From the NCBI GenBank assembly GCA_963708025.1, contig CAVPSB010000025.1, positions 256,001 to 320,000 on the forward strand: a stretch of DNA of 64,000 nt. Reading direction: 5' to 3'. Positions 62,020-64,000 of this stretch are shown here, in pieces (the stretch's first letter is position 1; the number at the start of each line of letters is the position of its first letter). A model generated the notes under the pieces. It was not told the DNA's origin. It made no database searches and saw nothing but the letters and a program-made list of their open reading frames with translations. The translations under genes were made by a program, and so were the position numbers. The stretch comes from an uncultured Candidatus Rokubacteria bacterium. Lineage in GTDB: Bacteria > Methylomirabilota > Methylomirabilia > Rokubacteriales > DASRDR01.

Positions 62020-63211
62020 GACCGCCGATGTCGTCGTGGTCGGCGGGGGCGTCAACGGCGCCAGCATCGCCTGCGCGCTGGCCGCCCGCGGCGTCCGCCG
62101 GGTGACCCTGCTCGAGAAGACGGCGCTGGCCAGCGGCGCCTCGGGCCGCTCGAGCGCGCTCGTCCGCATGCACTACACCAACGAGTGGGACGCGCGGCTG
62201 GCGTGGGCGAGCTTCCCGGTCTTCCGACAGTGGCCCGAGATCATGGGCGGGCCCCCGGTCTTCACGCGCACCGGGTTCCTGACGGTCGTGGGGCCCGAGC
62301 ACGTCGAGCACCTGCGGAAGAACGTCGAGATGCTGCGCGGGATCGGGATCGACACGGTCGCCCTCTCCCCGGCCGAGGTGCGCACGCTCCAGCCGTTCAT
62401 GACCGTGGACGACGTGGGGGCCGCCGCCTACGAGCCGGAGAGCGGCTACGCGAGCCCGGCCGACGTCGTCGAGGGATTCCGGCGGCGGGCGCGGGAGCTG
62501 GGGGCGCGGATCGTCGAGGGTCGGCCGGTCACCGCCATCACCCGGCGCGAGAGCCGGGTGGCCGGGGTGGAGACGGCCGCCGGCCCGATCGAGTCGCCGG
62601 TCGTGGTGGTCTCCGCCGGGGCCTGGGCCCTGCCGCTCTGCCGGGGGATCGGCCTCGACCTGCCGGCCCGCACCAAGGCGATCGACACCGTGCTGGTCAC
62701 GCGGCCACCCGAGCTGCGCGAGCCCCACATGGTCGTGATCGACACGATCCAGGCGACCTACTTCCGGCCGGAGAGCGGGATCCTGACCATCGTCGGCGTC
62801 CCCTGCTTCGACTACGACGTGGATCCCGATCGCCTCGGCACCGGGCTCCCGCCCCACGCGGCGCCCGAGGGCGCCCGCATCCTCACGCATCGCATCCCGG
62901 CCATGGAGCGGGCCACGCTGGCGCGGGGCTTCCGCGCCTTCGACCTCTACAGCGCCGACCGCCATGCGATCCTCGACCGCGTCGAGGGGCTGGACGGCCT
63001 CTACCTGGCCACCGCGTTCAGCGGGAGCGGCTTCAAGATCGCGCCGGCCGTCGGGACCTGCATGGCCGAGCTGATCGTGGACGGCGCCGCCAAGACCGTG
63101 GACATCCGGCCCTTCGGCCTTCGCCGCTTCGCCGAGGGCCGGCCGCTCGAGGGCCCCTACCCCTACACGCCCCCGGCGGAGCACGCTGGGCGACCGGGCG
63201 TCGTCGTCTGA
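62012..63211 (+). CDS. FAD-dependent oxidoreductase (DAO/sarcosine oxidase beta family)
   Basis: GGGVNG, SGASGRS, SAGAW, FSGSGFKIAPAVG. Confidence 0.92.
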   Translation: MVETADVVVVGGGVNGASIACALAARGVRRVTLLEKTALASGASGRSSALVRMHYTNEWDARLAWASFPVFRQWPEIMGGPPVFTRTGFLTVVGPEHVEHLRKNVEMLRGIGIDTVALSPAEVRTLQPFMTVDDVGAAAYEPESGYASPADVVEGFRRRARELGARIVEGRPVTAITRRESRVAGVETAAGPIESPVVVVSAGAWALPLCRGIGLDLPARTKAIDTVLVTRPPELREPHMVVIDTIQATYFRPESGILTIVGVPCFDYDVDPDRLGTGLPPHAAPEGARILTHRIPAMERATLARGFRAFDLYSADRHAILDRVEGLDGLYLATAFSGSGFKIAPAVGTCMAELIVDGAAKTVDIRPFGLRRFAEGRPLEGPYPYTPPAEHAGRPGVVV

Positions 63212-63263
63212 GCCTCCCCCAGCGGGTGGGGACCGGACCTGAGAGTGTCTGAAGTCACGAGAG

Positions 63264-63326
63264 CCTCCGGCCCCCCCTCCCCCCGGTGGGTGGGGGAGGG
63301 GGGTTGGGGGGGGGTAGGTGGGAGGT
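63264..63326. repeat. C-rich/G-rich REP-like element
   Basis: Near copy of 45087-45148. Confidence 0.75.
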
Positions 63327-63327
63327 G

Positions 63328-63888
63328 ATGGAGATCATAAACAAGACCGCGCTCCTGATCATCGACGCCCAGCAGGAGTACTTCGCCCCGATCGGCAAGG
63401 TGGTCCTGCCCGACGGGCCCCAGGCCATCGCCCGCATCACCCAGGTGCTCGAGTGGGCGCGGGGCCGGGGGGTCCCGGTCTTCCACATCGTCCACGAGAG
63501 CCGCCGGCCCAACGCCACGATCTTCGTCCCGGGCAGCCCGGCCCTGGCCATGCATCCCGCCATCACGCCGGCCCCGGGTGAGGCGGTGATCCAGAAGCAT
63601 CTGCCCGGCTCCTTCACCAACACGACGCTGGAGGCCGAGCTGCGCCAGCACGGCGTCGAGCGGGTCATCGTCTCCGGCTTCATGACCCAGATGTGCTGCG
63701 ACACCACGGCCCGCGAGGCGGCTCACCGCGGCTTCGCCGTCACGCTCCTGTCCGACGCCACCGCGGCCATGGACGTGAAGGGGCCGGACGGCGTGGTGAT
63801 CCCCCACGACGTGGTCCACCGGACCCACCTCGGGAGCCTCAACGGCTTCCTGGCCGAGGTGAAGCGGACGGACGACGTCACCCGGTGA
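63328..63888 (+). CDS. isochorismatase-family cysteine hydrolase
   Basis: ALLIIDAQ, KHLPGSF, CCDTTAR, SDATA. Confidence 0.92.
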   Translation: MEIINKTALLIIDAQQEYFAPIGKVVLPDGPQAIARITQVLEWARGRGVPVFHIVHESRRPNATIFVPGSPALAMHPAITPAPGEAVIQKHLPGSFTNTTLEAELRQHGVERVIVSGFMTQMCCDTTAREAAHRGFAVTLLSDATAAMDVKGPDGVVIPHDVVHRTHLGSLNGFLAEVKRTDDVTR

Positions 63889-63920
63889 CGGCCCGCCGGC
63901 CGACTGTCTAAGGTAGCGGC

Positions 63921-64000
63921 ATGTCCGTGGTCGCCGGCTTCGACGGCCCGATCCGCTACGAAGAGCTGCCGGAGCAGTTCAACATCGTCCCGTGCCTGAT
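63921..64000 (+). CDS. start of a gene cut by the window edge; possibly an aryl/acyl-CoA ligase
   Basis: MSVVAGFDGPIRYEELPEQFNI; LPxxFN is reminiscent of benzoate-CoA ligase N-termini. Confidence 0.4.
   Translation, partial: MSVVAGFDGPIRYEELPEQFNIVPCL

Overview
64 kb of high-GC bacterial chromosome. The gene content (many Tat-exported solute-binding proteins, luciferase-like oxidoreductases, zinc-ribbon/AAA/TPR adenylate cyclase) resembles Rokubacteria/Methylomirabilota, but this is inference only. Many otherwise intact genes carry single-base frameshifts, most likely long-read indel errors. Main blocks in order: an RND efflux pair; a sigma-54/two-component-controlled Qrc/ACIII-like respiratory operon (pentaheme cytochrome c, Tat molybdopterin-family subunit, Fe-S subunit, NrfD, tetraheme and EB_dh-type cytochromes); an ABC-F ATPase preceded by an unannotated 25-aa Lys-rich ORF; a Liv-type ABC transporter with a third, atypical ATPase; assorted enzymes; an aromatic-CoA cluster joining 4-hydroxybenzoyl-CoA-reductase-like hcrCAB to boxCB without boxA, interrupted by a toxin-antitoxin-like cassette between 102-bp direct repeats; a CHASE2 cyclase/FecR pair; peptide ABC genes; and a nbaC/LLM/DAO/isochorismatase block. 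No rRNA, tRNA, CRISPR array, integrase or transposase was seen. All family calls come from motif reading, not database searches.
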